IMG/VR virus record: IMGVR_UViG_3300030012_001663
Coordinates: 1 to 64,000 of that record
Reading direction: 5' to 3' (one strand)
DNA length: 64,000 bases
Source of the DNA: a virus
Notes under the pieces: generated by a model
Seen by the model: the letters and a program-made list of their open reading frames with translations, nothing else
What the model was told of the DNA's origin: nothing
The model's database searches: none
Made by a program: the position numbers and the translations under genes
Shown here: piece by piece, positions 8,455 to 17,536 of the stretch
Numbering within the stretch: the first letter of the stretch is position 1
Layout of the letters: each line of letters opens with the position of its first letter

Positions 8455-9414
8455 ATGGCAAAAAAAGCAACAGAAGCTTGGGTAGGTCAGTATGCAGCCT
8501 TCAATGAAGCGCTTAAATACATGTACCGTAGACAGACTGGAGAAGAAAAGTCAATATATACACCATGGCCTAAGTTTAATGATGCTACCACAGATGGATT
8601 AGAATGGAATACACTAACTGTAATAGGTGGTAGACCTGGTTCAGGTAAAACACTTATCAAAGATCAGATAGTGAGAGAATCATTTATACTTAATCCACAG
8701 GATGAGTTTAGAGTCTTAGAATTTCAATTTGAGATGGTTGGTAGAACCTCAGCTATCAGAGAATTTAGTTCTATAACTGGTAAAACTTATAAAGAATTAT
8801 GTAGTGCAGGCAGTAAGATTACTACTGATGTACTAAATAAGTGCCACCAATATGCTAAGGAACGTGTTAAGTATCCTGTAGATATTGTCAGCCGTCCTAT
8901 GACGGTAAATCAAATGCGTGAGCAGATTGATATGTATATGACAATGCATAAAGGCAAAAGAACAATAATAACATTGGATCACACTATGCTTGTTAAAAGA
9001 GCGCCCTATCAGAATAGTAGTTTAGATATGCTATTTGAATTAGGTGAGTTCTTTACACAAGTTAAAAGAGAGTATCCTTGTTTATTTGTTGCACTGTCAC
9101 AGCTCAATAGGAATATTGATAACCCTGATAGGGCTGTTGATGGTAAGTATGGTAACTATATCCTTGAGTCAGATATATTTGGTTCTGATGCTATGTTACA
9201 GCATGCTGATACTTTGATAGGTATTAACAGGCCAGCAAAGCAGAAGATCAGGTACTATGGACCAGACAGATATATCATAGAGGATGATAGGACGCTTGTA
9301 TTACACTTCTTGAAAGCAAGAAACGGTGATGCAAGAATGAGTTTCTTTAAAGCTCAATTTGAGCAAATGGAGATAGCAGAGATGAATACACCTGAGACAC
9401 AACAAAGAAGATGA
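8455..9414 (+). CDS. dnaB: DnaB-like replicative helicase (C-terminal RecA domain only)
   Basis: GGRPGSGKT, FEM, LDH, ALSQLNR, GSDAMLQHAD, KARNG. Confidence 0.92.
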   Translation: MAKKATEAWVGQYAAFNEALKYMYRRQTGEEKSIYTPWPKFNDATTDGLEWNTLTVIGGRPGSGKTLIKDQIVRESFILNPQDEFRVLEFQFEMVGRTSAIREFSSITGKTYKELCSAGSKITTDVLNKCHQYAKERVKYPVDIVSRPMTVNQMREQIDMYMTMHKGKRTIITLDHTMLVKRAPYQNSSLDMLFELGEFFTQVKREYPCLFVALSQLNRNIDNPDRAVDGKYGNYILESDIFGSDAMLQHADTLIGINRPAKQKIRYYGPDRYIIEDDRTLVLHFLKARNGDARMSFFKAQFEQMEIAEMNTPETQQRR

Positions 9415-9944
9415 TCACAACAAAAAATAAAAGTTATATGTCACCAGAAGAAAGAAAAGCAAAAGTTAAAAAGTTGCGTGAAACTCACCAGGAGTGGTTC
9501 AGTAATAATGATTTAACTAATGCATTATATATACCTAAGATGGCTTATAGACCTAGCGGCAAGGATGAACTACATGTTAGTTTCTTCCCTAGTGAGTTAG
9601 AAAAGAGTGAAGATATATACACAGAGTTTGTTAGTATTGACTATGAATCAGAAGATCCTAAAAGAACTTTGTATCTACACAAGTACAACCCACATTGGCG
9701 TGATGAATATGAGCTGACTGAGAGTAAATCAGGATATCAAAGACACTTGATACCTGTAAGTGAATTGATTGTAATAAGAGATATTACGGAAAAGAGAGAG
9801 TCTAAAGAAATATTAGACTTTGCAAATCTTCCTAATCCAGATGATAAGAAAGATCCAACAGTAGTAGATGCATTATTACAGATTAATGAAACACTAAATA
9901 ATATAAATAAAACTATGTATCACATTTTAAACAAGATGAATTAA
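9411..9944 (+). CDS. Hypothetical protein
   Basis: 177-aa ORF translationally coupled on both sides. Confidence 0.7.
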   Translation: MITTKNKSYMSPEERKAKVKKLRETHQEWFSNNDLTNALYIPKMAYRPSGKDELHVSFFPSELEKSEDIYTEFVSIDYESEDPKRTLYLHKYNPHWRDEYELTESKSGYQRHLIPVSELIVIRDITEKRESKEILDFANLPNPDDKKDPTVVDALLQINETLNNINKTMYHILNKMN

Positions 9945-10627
9945 TGGCACAATCTGTATTAATTATTGCTGACTCAGGGTCAGGCAAATCAACAAGCATG
10001 AGGACATTAGATCCTCAAAACACAGTAATTATTAATATTGCTAACAAACCTTTACCATTTAAGGGCTGGAAGAGCAAGTATACACCAATGAATAAAGATA
10101 ACCCAAAAGGTAATCTTGTATCAGTATCTTCCGCAGCTGGAGTTGCAAAAGCTATGAAGCATGTTAATGATAATATGCCACACGTTACAACATTAGTTGT
10201 AGATGACTGGCAGTATATGAGTTCCTTTGAGTACTTTGATAGAGCGCAAGAGAAAGGCTATGATAAATTTACATCTATAGCAGCTAATCTTGCACATGTA
10301 GCTAAGTTACCAAAGGACATGAGATCTGATCTCACTATATTTTTCTTGACTCATTCAGAAGAGTCTACAGATATTAACGGACACAAAAGAGTGAAAGCTA
10401 AGACTGTAGGTAAGATGATTGATAATGCTTTGACACTAGAAGGTCTTTTCTCTATAGTGTTATTTGGTAAAGTACGTAAAGATGATGATGGTGTTCTTGA
10501 ATATGGTTTTGAAACCCAAAACAATGGAGAGAATACATGTAAATCACCAATGGGTATGTTTGAAGAACCATTCATTCCAAATGATCTTGCTTATGTATTG
10601 GATTGCATAAACAAGTATGATAATTAA
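9944..10627 (+). CDS. Sak4-like P-loop ATPase (AAA_24)
   Basis: ADSGSGKST, LVVDD, FLTHSE, KTVGKMID..LEGLF, CKSPMGMF. Confidence 0.8.
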   Translation: MAQSVLIIADSGSGKSTSMRTLDPQNTVIINIANKPLPFKGWKSKYTPMNKDNPKGNLVSVSSAAGVAKAMKHVNDNMPHVTTLVVDDWQYMSSFEYFDRAQEKGYDKFTSIAANLAHVAKLPKDMRSDLTIFFLTHSEESTDINGHKRVKAKTVGKMIDNALTLEGLFSIVLFGKVRKDDDGVLEYGFETQNNGENTCKSPMGMFEEPFIPNDLAYVLDCINKYDN

Positions 10628-10660
10628 TTAAGTTAAATTTTAAAAGTAAATTCAAAAATT

Positions 10661-11341
10661 ATGTTTAATACTAAAGATATGTCTGCCGGTAGTGGTAGAA
10701 CAAAACCAGTAATGGGAGCAGGTAATAATGTTATTAAAATCAATAACATTACATTTGATCAAACACCATATGATGTTGATGCCTATAATATTACTTTACA
10801 TGTAGAGGGTAAGCCAGAAGAAGGAGAATTCCAAGGTTTCTTAAAAGATGTAAATAACCCTAACGGTGAGCGTTACGCTGGCCAGGTAGGTAGAATTAGG
10901 TTTAGCCCTTATCCTTACAAAGATACTACGTTACCAAGTGGTGTAGAAATCAGTAGAGATAATGAAATACTAAAAGGTATGATCTTCCTATCTGAAGTTC
11001 TTAATAAAAGAGAGGAGCTTGATAAGATAGAAGCAAATACTATTGAAGAGTTCATGAATGAGTGTAACAACTTATTCTCAAATAGTGAATACTTTAATGC
11101 ATGTATTGGTGGTAGAGAATGGGAGAACAAGGATGGCTATGTAAACCTTGACTTGTATTTACCACGTATCTCTAAAGATGGTGTTCCATTAGAAGCACTT
11201 GAAAAAGAGAACTCTAGACTTCTTACATTTAATAACTCAGAACATGTTAGAAAATTACAGAAGAAAGAGAATAACAATAATGAAGGAAATAAATCATTTG
11301 AGCCAGCTACATCTAGTGTAGGTGATGATTTTGATTTATAA
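10661..11341 (+). CDS. Putative ssDNA-binding protein partner of Sak4
   Basis: Follows the Sak4-like gene; beta-rich; acidic tail GDDFDL. Confidence 0.55.
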   Translation: MFNTKDMSAGSGRTKPVMGAGNNVIKINNITFDQTPYDVDAYNITLHVEGKPEEGEFQGFLKDVNNPNGERYAGQVGRIRFSPYPYKDTTLPSGVEISRDNEILKGMIFLSEVLNKREELDKIEANTIEEFMNECNNLFSNSEYFNACIGGREWENKDGYVNLDLYLPRISKDGVPLEALEKENSRLLTFNNSEHVRKLQKKENNNNEGNKSFEPATSSVGDDFDL

Positions 11342-11349
11342 TAATTAAT

Positions 11350-11451
11350 AATAAATCCGGGCGCTCACTGGTGTTAGTCCAGACGTGGCAACAGCAGCTT
11401 AATGGGAGTCAAACTACAATAGCGTGACCAAGGCCCCTCCCGGTATTTATT
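11350..11451 (+). ncRNA. Candidate structured RNA (multi-stem, T-loop and GNRA loop)
   Basis: GC-rich island closed by AATAAAT-CCGGG/CCCGG-T-ATTTATT; inner CTGG-TGTTAGT-CCAG and TG-GCAA-CA hairpins. Confidence 0.55.
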
Positions 11452-11462
11452 TAATAGAGCAA

Positions 11463-12440
11463 ATGTTTAATACCAAGAATTTAGTATCAAGAGACTCTGA
11501 TGTTCCAAGCTATTGGGTATTTCAATATTATCTAGACTTGCCTGTAGAACTTACAGGACAAGATATTAAAATGAAATCTATATTTAATCCAGCTGAGAGA
11601 ACTGCATCTATGTGTATTTATGTAGATAAATCTATTATGCAGTATAAGTTTAAGTGCTTCTCAACCGGTAAATATGGTAGTCATATTGATATAGTAAAAG
11701 AACTATTTAATATAGATTACTCACAAGCAGTAACAAGAATAGTAGAAGACTACAATATATATGCAAAATCAGAAGAGTATAATAATGTTAAATTTAAGGT
11801 AGCAGCAAAATGGGAGATAGATCATGTGCAGACTAGAGAATGGAATGCACAAGATTCTACAGTTTGGTTGCCATACAATATTGGTAGTAGCTTGCTTGAT
11901 GCTTATAATGTCAAGCCTATACAATACTACAATATGTTTAAGGAGGAGAATGAAGAGATTAAGACTCTACAAATAGAGGCTCCTTATATGTATGGTTACT
12001 TTGATAAGGATGGTAATGTCTATAAGATATATCAACCAAAATCTAAAAAGCATAAGTTCCATAAAGTTAAAAGCTATCTGCAGGGTTTTGATCAACTGAA
12101 GTATGATAAGCCCTATTTGATTATATGTTCATCATTAAAAGATGCTATGTGTCTAAAGAGTATAGGATACAATATAGAAACAATAGCACCTGATAGTGAG
12201 AATACTGTAATTAAACCTTACTTAATTGAAAACTTAAAAAAGAAATACAAGAAAGTAATAACTCTATTTGATAATGATGAAGCAGGTTATAAGGCTATAG
12301 ATAGATATCTAGAACTGTATGATATAAAGGGCACTGCGTTGCCGCTATGTAAAGATATATCAGATGCAGTAAAAGAACATGGAACTAAAATAGTACATGA
12401 AAAGCTTAAACCTCTTTTGTCTGAAACATTAAAACTATAA
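11463..12440 (+). CDS. DNA primase (Toprim)
   Basis: SIFNPAERTASM..FKCFSTG N-domain; SSLKDAM; LFDNDEAG; KDISD; ATG 11463. Confidence 0.85.
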   Translation: MFNTKNLVSRDSDVPSYWVFQYYLDLPVELTGQDIKMKSIFNPAERTASMCIYVDKSIMQYKFKCFSTGKYGSHIDIVKELFNIDYSQAVTRIVEDYNIYAKSEEYNNVKFKVAAKWEIDHVQTREWNAQDSTVWLPYNIGSSLLDAYNVKPIQYYNMFKEENEEIKTLQIEAPYMYGYFDKDGNVYKIYQPKSKKHKFHKVKSYLQGFDQLKYDKPYLIICSSLKDAMCLKSIGYNIETIAPDSENTVIKPYLIENLKKKYKKVITLFDNDEAGYKAIDRYLELYDIKGTALPLCKDISDAVKEHGTKIVHEKLKPLLSETLKL

Positions 12441-12443
12441 TAT

Positions 12444-12896
12444 ATGAAATGGTTTATACCAGGCAATGTACCCTCAAGTAAAAATGGTAGAAGATGGACC
12501 GGTAAGTATTTCATAGCAAGTAAATCTGTTATGAACTATAGGAAAGCAACAAAATCCTACTATGAGAAATTTGCTCCTCTGTTTAGAGAAGAGCTTAAGA
12601 ATCATAAACTACCCGTCTCAATAGCATTTACATTTGTTAGAGGTACTAAACACAAGTTTGATTATATAAACCCTGCACAAACTGTACAGGATGATATGGT
12701 TAAACATGGTTGGATTGAAGATGACAATGCTGAATTTATACTACCAGTATTTATACAGTATAGTTATGATAAAATCAATCCGGGAGTATTTATTGAAATA
12801 ATTGATAACACTGTAAATAATGATGAACACAAATCTAGATCTAAAAGATCAAATCCTCCTAACAAGACTAAAAGGAAAAGGAATATCACAACTTAA
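12444..12896 (+). CDS. RusA-like Holliday junction resolvase
   Basis: GNVPSSKN; FDYINPAQTVQDDMVKHGWIEDDN (D.DN..K...D..........DD pattern). Confidence 0.75.
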   Translation: MKWFIPGNVPSSKNGRRWTGKYFIASKSVMNYRKATKSYYEKFAPLFREELKNHKLPVSIAFTFVRGTKHKFDYINPAQTVQDDMVKHGWIEDDNAEFILPVFIQYSYDKINPGVFIEIIDNTVNNDEHKSRSKRSNPPNKTKRKRNITT

Positions 12897-13212
12897 TATA
12901 TCATTCTCAGGGTCAGGAGACTCAGGAGATGTGGATGAGGTTGGTTATAAAACTAATGATGGGGTTGACTCATGGCAATTAGATATAAATAACAGACTAA
13001 TTGAATCAACTGAAGAAGAAAAAATAAAAGACATGGCTTATACATGGCTTTCTAATAATCTTCTTTATGATTGGGTAAATAATGAAGGTGGCTCAGGTCA
13101 ATTAAATATTAACTTGAGTGATTTTTCATGGGACTTAGACTATTATGAACGTACTGTCCAAGAACATAACTTTGATGGTCAAAATATTTTTAGAAATGAG
13201 TCGTGTGGTTAA
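12820..13212 (+). CDS. DUF6878-like protein
   Basis: ISFSGSGDSGD and DWVNNEGGSG motifs. Confidence 0.65.
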   Translation: MMNTNLDLKDQILLTRLKGKGISQLNISFSGSGDSGDVDEVGYKTNDGVDSWQLDINNRLIESTEEEKIKDMAYTWLSNNLLYDWVNNEGGSGQLNINLSDFSWDLDYYERTVQEHNFDGQNIFRNESCG

Positions 13213-13366
13213 GAACTTCTGTTGTATTTGTGAGAAACCTTTTGAAGGATTTGGACATAGTCCCAGACCATTAGCAGAGGATGGTTGTTGTTGTGATACC
13301 TGTAATTATACTAAGGTAATCCCAGCAAGATTATATATGGGGCAGTATCCAGGCACATATGATTAA
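13196..13366 (+). CDS. Small Cys-rich zinc-finger protein
   Basis: CCIC..GHSPRP..CCCDTCN..VIPAR; ATG 13196. Confidence 0.65.
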   Translation: MSRVVKNFCCICEKPFEGFGHSPRPLAEDGCCCDTCNYTKVIPARLYMGQYPGTYD

Positions 13367-13713
13367 TGGCACATCCATTAATACACAGTAAAAGTTCTGT
13401 AAGAAAGTGGGGAGGCAAGGTTGAAGACTACCAGCATATACATGACTGGTTTGATGAGACTAAATCATGGTTAGGTCATTCTAACCATAGAGCCTTTCGT
13501 CATCATTCTGAAGGAATTTTTGAATGTGAAAAAATATTTGGTAAAAGTTTTACTAACTCTGATGGTAAAACAGTATATACCAGATATGTAGGTGAACAGC
13601 ACGTAAAAGAAGATTGTAATAATTATATACCATCTGCTAAAGAGTGGTTGTTTAATATTGGATCAGGTAATAGACCTGATTGGATGATGAAAACAATGAA
13701 AATTAATGATTAA
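13366..13713 (+). CDS. DUF6915-like protein
   Basis: MAHP..H..SS..KWGG..EDY..IHDWFD..K; HRAFRHHSEGI; EQHVKED. Confidence 0.75.
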   Translation: MAHPLIHSKSSVRKWGGKVEDYQHIHDWFDETKSWLGHSNHRAFRHHSEGIFECEKIFGKSFTNSDGKTVYTRYVGEQHVKEDCNNYIPSAKEWLFNIGSGNRPDWMMKTMKIND

Positions 13714-14062
13714 AATGAATTTAGAAGAATTTAAAATAACAAGAAAGCAATTACATGCAACTGAAGAAGACTTTGAATTAGCATTGGAAAATATAGATAA
13801 CTTAAAACTGTCACAGAATATTAAAGTATTATTCTGTAAAGATCTTTCATTTAATAGAAGACATAGATTTAGAGAAAGATTTGAAATCACACTAGAAGAG
13901 CGTGAGATGAGTACTGGGGAAATGTTTGAAACAATAAAAAGTACTGGAACAGATGATGAGAAGTCTATGTTTACTTATTTAGTAGAAAATGATATCAAAA
14001 AAGGTTTCTTTAACGGTGACTTTAATTTTATGAATGAACTTAAATTAGATTTAAAATGGTAG
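13706..14062 (+). CDS. Hypothetical protein (shares a helical motif with ORFs 16490 and 17529)
   Basis: ATEEDFELALENIDNL motif; overlaps both neighbours. Confidence 0.65.
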   Translation: MIKMNLEEFKITRKQLHATEEDFELALENIDNLKLSQNIKVLFCKDLSFNRRHRFRERFEITLEEREMSTGEMFETIKSTGTDDEKSMFTYLVENDIKKGFFNGDFNFMNELKLDLKW

Positions 14063-15213
14063 CAGAACAGTTATCTAAAGCAACTAAAACACTAATACTA
14101 GAGGAGCCCTTTTATGGGCTCTTTTTAGTTGGATTAAATAAAGTATATATAAAGACTATACCTACAGCTGGTGTTAGCAAACACGGTATAGGTGTACAAC
14201 TTGCAATAAACCCAGACTTTTTCTTAGAATTATCTAATGAACATAGAATAGGCTTAGTGAAACATGAGTTACTTCATATTTCATTTGGACATCTTATTAT
14301 GAGAGATATGTATCAAGATAAAAAGTTATTTAATATTGCAGCAGACATAGAAATAAACCAGTATATATCTCATAGCTACTTACCTGAAGGAGGTTTAACA
14401 TTACAAAGCTTCCCTGAACTAGATTTACCAGAGAAGGCAGGTACTAAAAAGTATTATGATTTATTGCAACAAGCTAAAGAAGATGGTACATCACCAACTC
14501 TTGACTCTTTGATGTCACAAATGGATGGTAATACACCCTATTGTCATACAACTTGGGATGAGCTAGATGAATTATCTGATGCTGATAAAAAGCTTATACA
14601 AAAGCAAATAGAGCATCAGCTAAAAGAAACTGCTGAGCAAACAGAGAAGAGGAGAGGTAATATACCGGGTGAACTAGCTGATTTAATACACAGGCTAAGG
14701 CATGTTGAACCACCTAAATTTGATTGGAAAGGATATCTAAGAAGATTTGTAGGTAATTCTAGTATATCATACACTAAGAAGCTAAGGAGAAAATATAACA
14801 AAAGATATATATCTAATCCTGGCCTAAAGATTAAGTTTAAGAATCATATACTAGTTGGTGTTGACACAAGTGGATCTGTATCTAATAAGGAACTTGTTGA
14901 GTTTATGAGTGAACTTACTCATATGCATAAAACCGGTCACAAGATTACAGTAGCACAATGTGATACGCAGATTAATTCTATAAAAGAATTTAATCCAAAG
15001 AAAGACTGGGAAATTAAAGGTAGAGGAGGTACTGACTTCCAACCTGTAATTGATCATTATAATGAGAAGAAAGGGCGTTATACAGCCCTTATATATTTAA
15101 CAGATGGTGAAGCTTATAGTCCTGATAACTGTCCACAAAATACCTTATGGGTACACAGTTCTCAATGTAGCATAAATGAAGAATTACCAGGATTAAAAAT
15201 ACAATTAAATTAA
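14056..15213 (+). CDS. DUF2201-type metallopeptidase plus VWA domain protein
   Basis: HELLH zincin, NIAADIEIN, MIDAS DTSGS, GRGGTDF, LTDG. Confidence 0.88.
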   Translation: MVAEQLSKATKTLILEEPFYGLFLVGLNKVYIKTIPTAGVSKHGIGVQLAINPDFFLELSNEHRIGLVKHELLHISFGHLIMRDMYQDKKLFNIAADIEINQYISHSYLPEGGLTLQSFPELDLPEKAGTKKYYDLLQQAKEDGTSPTLDSLMSQMDGNTPYCHTTWDELDELSDADKKLIQKQIEHQLKETAEQTEKRRGNIPGELADLIHRLRHVEPPKFDWKGYLRRFVGNSSISYTKKLRRKYNKRYISNPGLKIKFKNHILVGVDTSGSVSNKELVEFMSELTHMHKTGHKITVAQCDTQINSIKEFNPKKDWEIKGRGGTDFQPVIDHYNEKKGRYTALIYLTDGEAYSPDNCPQNTLWVHSSQCSINEELPGLKIQLN

Positions 15214-15221
15214 AATTAAAA

Positions 15222-16490
15222 ATGGCACAAGTAAATTTAAATATTGAAGAACTAAAAGGTTTTGTAAACCACATTGTTAGTAATAATAGATTCTTACAAA
15301 AAGACCGTAAGAATCCAGTATCTATAGAAGTTGTAGGTGAGTCAGGTATTGGTAAGACTTCATCTATTATTGAAATGGCAAAAGAGCTTGACTTAGATTT
15401 TGTTAAGCTTAACCTTGCTCAGATAGAAGAGCTAGGTGATCTTGTAGGTTTTCCTGTAAGACAATTTCAAATGTATAAAGAGAAGCAAGTAACAGTATCT
15501 AATGATAACTTAGAAATGGTGACAGCAACACAAAGAGCAGCAGGTGCAAGCCTTGCTAATTTGAGTAGCACTGTAACTAAGAAAGTTGGCCAATGGGTTG
15601 ATGAACTTGCTGTACAGGAATATTTAAAGAATGGATTTAAAATGACCGGTAAGAATAGAATGTCTTATTGTGCACCAGAATGGATTTCTAATAAGAAGAA
15701 AGGTGGTATCCTGCTTCTTGATGATTGGAACCGTGCTGATGTACGTTTCATACAAGCTGTTATGGAACTTGTAGATAGACAGACTTATATCTCATGGTCA
15801 TTACCAGAAGACTGGCACATAATCCTAACATCAAACCCTGATAATGGTGACTATATGGTAAACTCTGTAGATGCAGCACAGAAGACCAGATATATCACTG
15901 CTAATCTAAAGTTTGATGTAAATGTATGGGCTAAGTGGGCAGAAGAAGCAGGAATAGATACACGTTGTATCAACTTCCTATTACTTCATCCAGAATTAGT
16001 TACACAAGAAACTAATGCAAGGTCTATTACAACATTCTTTAATGCAATATCTAGTTTTAATAACTTTGAAGAGAACCTATCACTAATTCAAATGATTGGT
16101 GAAGGTAGTGTAGGAGATGCATTTGCTTCTATGTTTACAACATTTATCAATAATAAACTTGATAAACTTGTAACACCTATGGATCTATTGACTCATGATA
16201 ATGAGCAATATATTCTTGGAGAACTAACTGGATGTATTGGTAAAGATGATTCATATCGTGCAGATATTGCATCTACTCTTGCAACAAGATTAGCTAACTA
16301 TGCTGTTGTATACTCAAAAGAGAATACAATTACGCAGAAGATTACTGATAGACTAGAAACATTATGTACTAAAGACTACTTTACAAATGATCTTAAGTAC
16401 TTAGTGGTAAGAACAATCTTTAATGGCAACAAAGCTAAGTTTAATAAACTTATGATGAAGCCTGAAATAATAAAAATGACAATGAAGTAA
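15222..16490 (+). CDS. MoxR-like AAA+ ATPase
   Basis: GESGIGKT, GDLVGFP, PEW, LLLDDWNRA, TSNP; adjacent to the VWA gene. Confidence 0.85.
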   Translation: MAQVNLNIEELKGFVNHIVSNNRFLQKDRKNPVSIEVVGESGIGKTSSIIEMAKELDLDFVKLNLAQIEELGDLVGFPVRQFQMYKEKQVTVSNDNLEMVTATQRAAGASLANLSSTVTKKVGQWVDELAVQEYLKNGFKMTGKNRMSYCAPEWISNKKKGGILLLDDWNRADVRFIQAVMELVDRQTYISWSLPEDWHIILTSNPDNGDYMVNSVDAAQKTRYITANLKFDVNVWAKWAEEAGIDTRCINFLLLHPELVTQETNARSITTFFNAISSFNNFEENLSLIQMIGEGSVGDAFASMFTTFINNKLDKLVTPMDLLTHDNEQYILGELTGCIGKDDSYRADIASTLATRLANYAVVYSKENTITQKITDRLETLCTKDYFTNDLKYLVVRTIFNGNKAKFNKLMMKPEIIKMTMK

Positions 16491-17536
16491 TGGCAAATAA
16501 AAGCGTTTTTCAAGAATTTGATGTTAACGCTCTAACACAATACAGCCTTGGTAGTAACTCAGAGAGATTTGGGTTACTATCAAGGGGTGTTGTAAATGAG
16601 GTTATATTAACAGAAGATAAAACATCTGTAGATGCTATGCATGATATAGTTAAAATACCTACTATAACATCACTAAAGAAAGGTAGTTATAAAAAAGCAT
16701 TTGTAATACCTGGCTGTGAAGTATCAGCAGATAGACTTAAACAATCACTGAAGGATCATGGTATAGCTATGACAAATGATTATGAGATTGCAGACTTAAT
16801 TATAACTCATGATAATCTACATCAAGGATTTAATAATGAGGAGAATATCAAAACAAATGTTTTGTTTGGTACAATATGGAACTATGAAGCATATGATATG
16901 TCTAAATCTAATTCTTTATTAGGTGTAAGTAATCCTAACAACCTTCGTGTAATTTATACTCCATCTGTAGCTGATAAAGTAAATAGATATAATCTTGATG
17001 AGGAGGTAAGTTTATATGATCTAGCATACCTAACAGGCTTGGGTTGTAACTTAGCATACAGAATAGGTACTGAGGGACTAGCAGTTGTAGATACTGATAC
17101 AGTTTTACATGAGTCAGCCTCATTAACCGTATTAGATGAAGAACTATTGCGTACTCTAGTAGGATGTTTAGAATCCTATAATGATGAAAACCTAGCAATG
17201 GCTTCTAAAATGATCCCAACATTGGATTATACAAAGAACTTGCATCTTATATGGAGATTAGCGGATACTCTCTACTCTTATAGTCATAAATTTAGTAGAG
17301 ATAAAGATGTGAACTATTGGATGCAAAAAGCTAATATTGATCACTATAGAAGTTTATCAGCAGAAGCTATGATTCAAGAACTTCACAATGAAGGTAAGCT
17401 TGACACAATAACATTTAGATATTTAGAGCCTATATGCAGGAAAGAAATATATATCTCTAATAGAGAACTATATGTATTTCAATGCCAAGTTAGGCCTGAA
17501 TACCGTAAATATTTAAAACACAGTACAAATGAATAA
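16490..17536 (+). CDS. Hypothetical protein with BRCT-like segment
   Basis: KKAFVIPGCEVSADRLKQSLKDHGIAMTNDYEIADLII; paralogous to ORF 17529. Confidence 0.6.
   Translation: MANKSVFQEFDVNALTQYSLGSNSERFGLLSRGVVNEVILTEDKTSVDAMHDIVKIPTITSLKKGSYKKAFVIPGCEVSADRLKQSLKDHGIAMTNDYEIADLIITHDNLHQGFNNEENIKTNVLFGTIWNYEAYDMSKSNSLLGVSNPNNLRVIYTPSVADKVNRYNLDEEVSLYDLAYLTGLGCNLAYRIGTEGLAVVDTDTVLHESASLTVLDEELLRTLVGCLESYNDENLAMASKMIPTLDYTKNLHLIWRLADTLYSYSHKFSRDKDVNYWMQKANIDHYRSLSAEAMIQELHNEGKLDTITFRYLEPICRKEIYISNRELYVFQCQVRPEYRKYLKHSTNE

Noticed and set aside
11350-11451. SAM-I, cobalamin, ZTP, hammerhead or tRNA identity for the structured element
   Set aside because: Isolated GGCAAC and T-loop sub-motifs are present, but order and conserved cores do not fit by eye; left as an unclassified candidate
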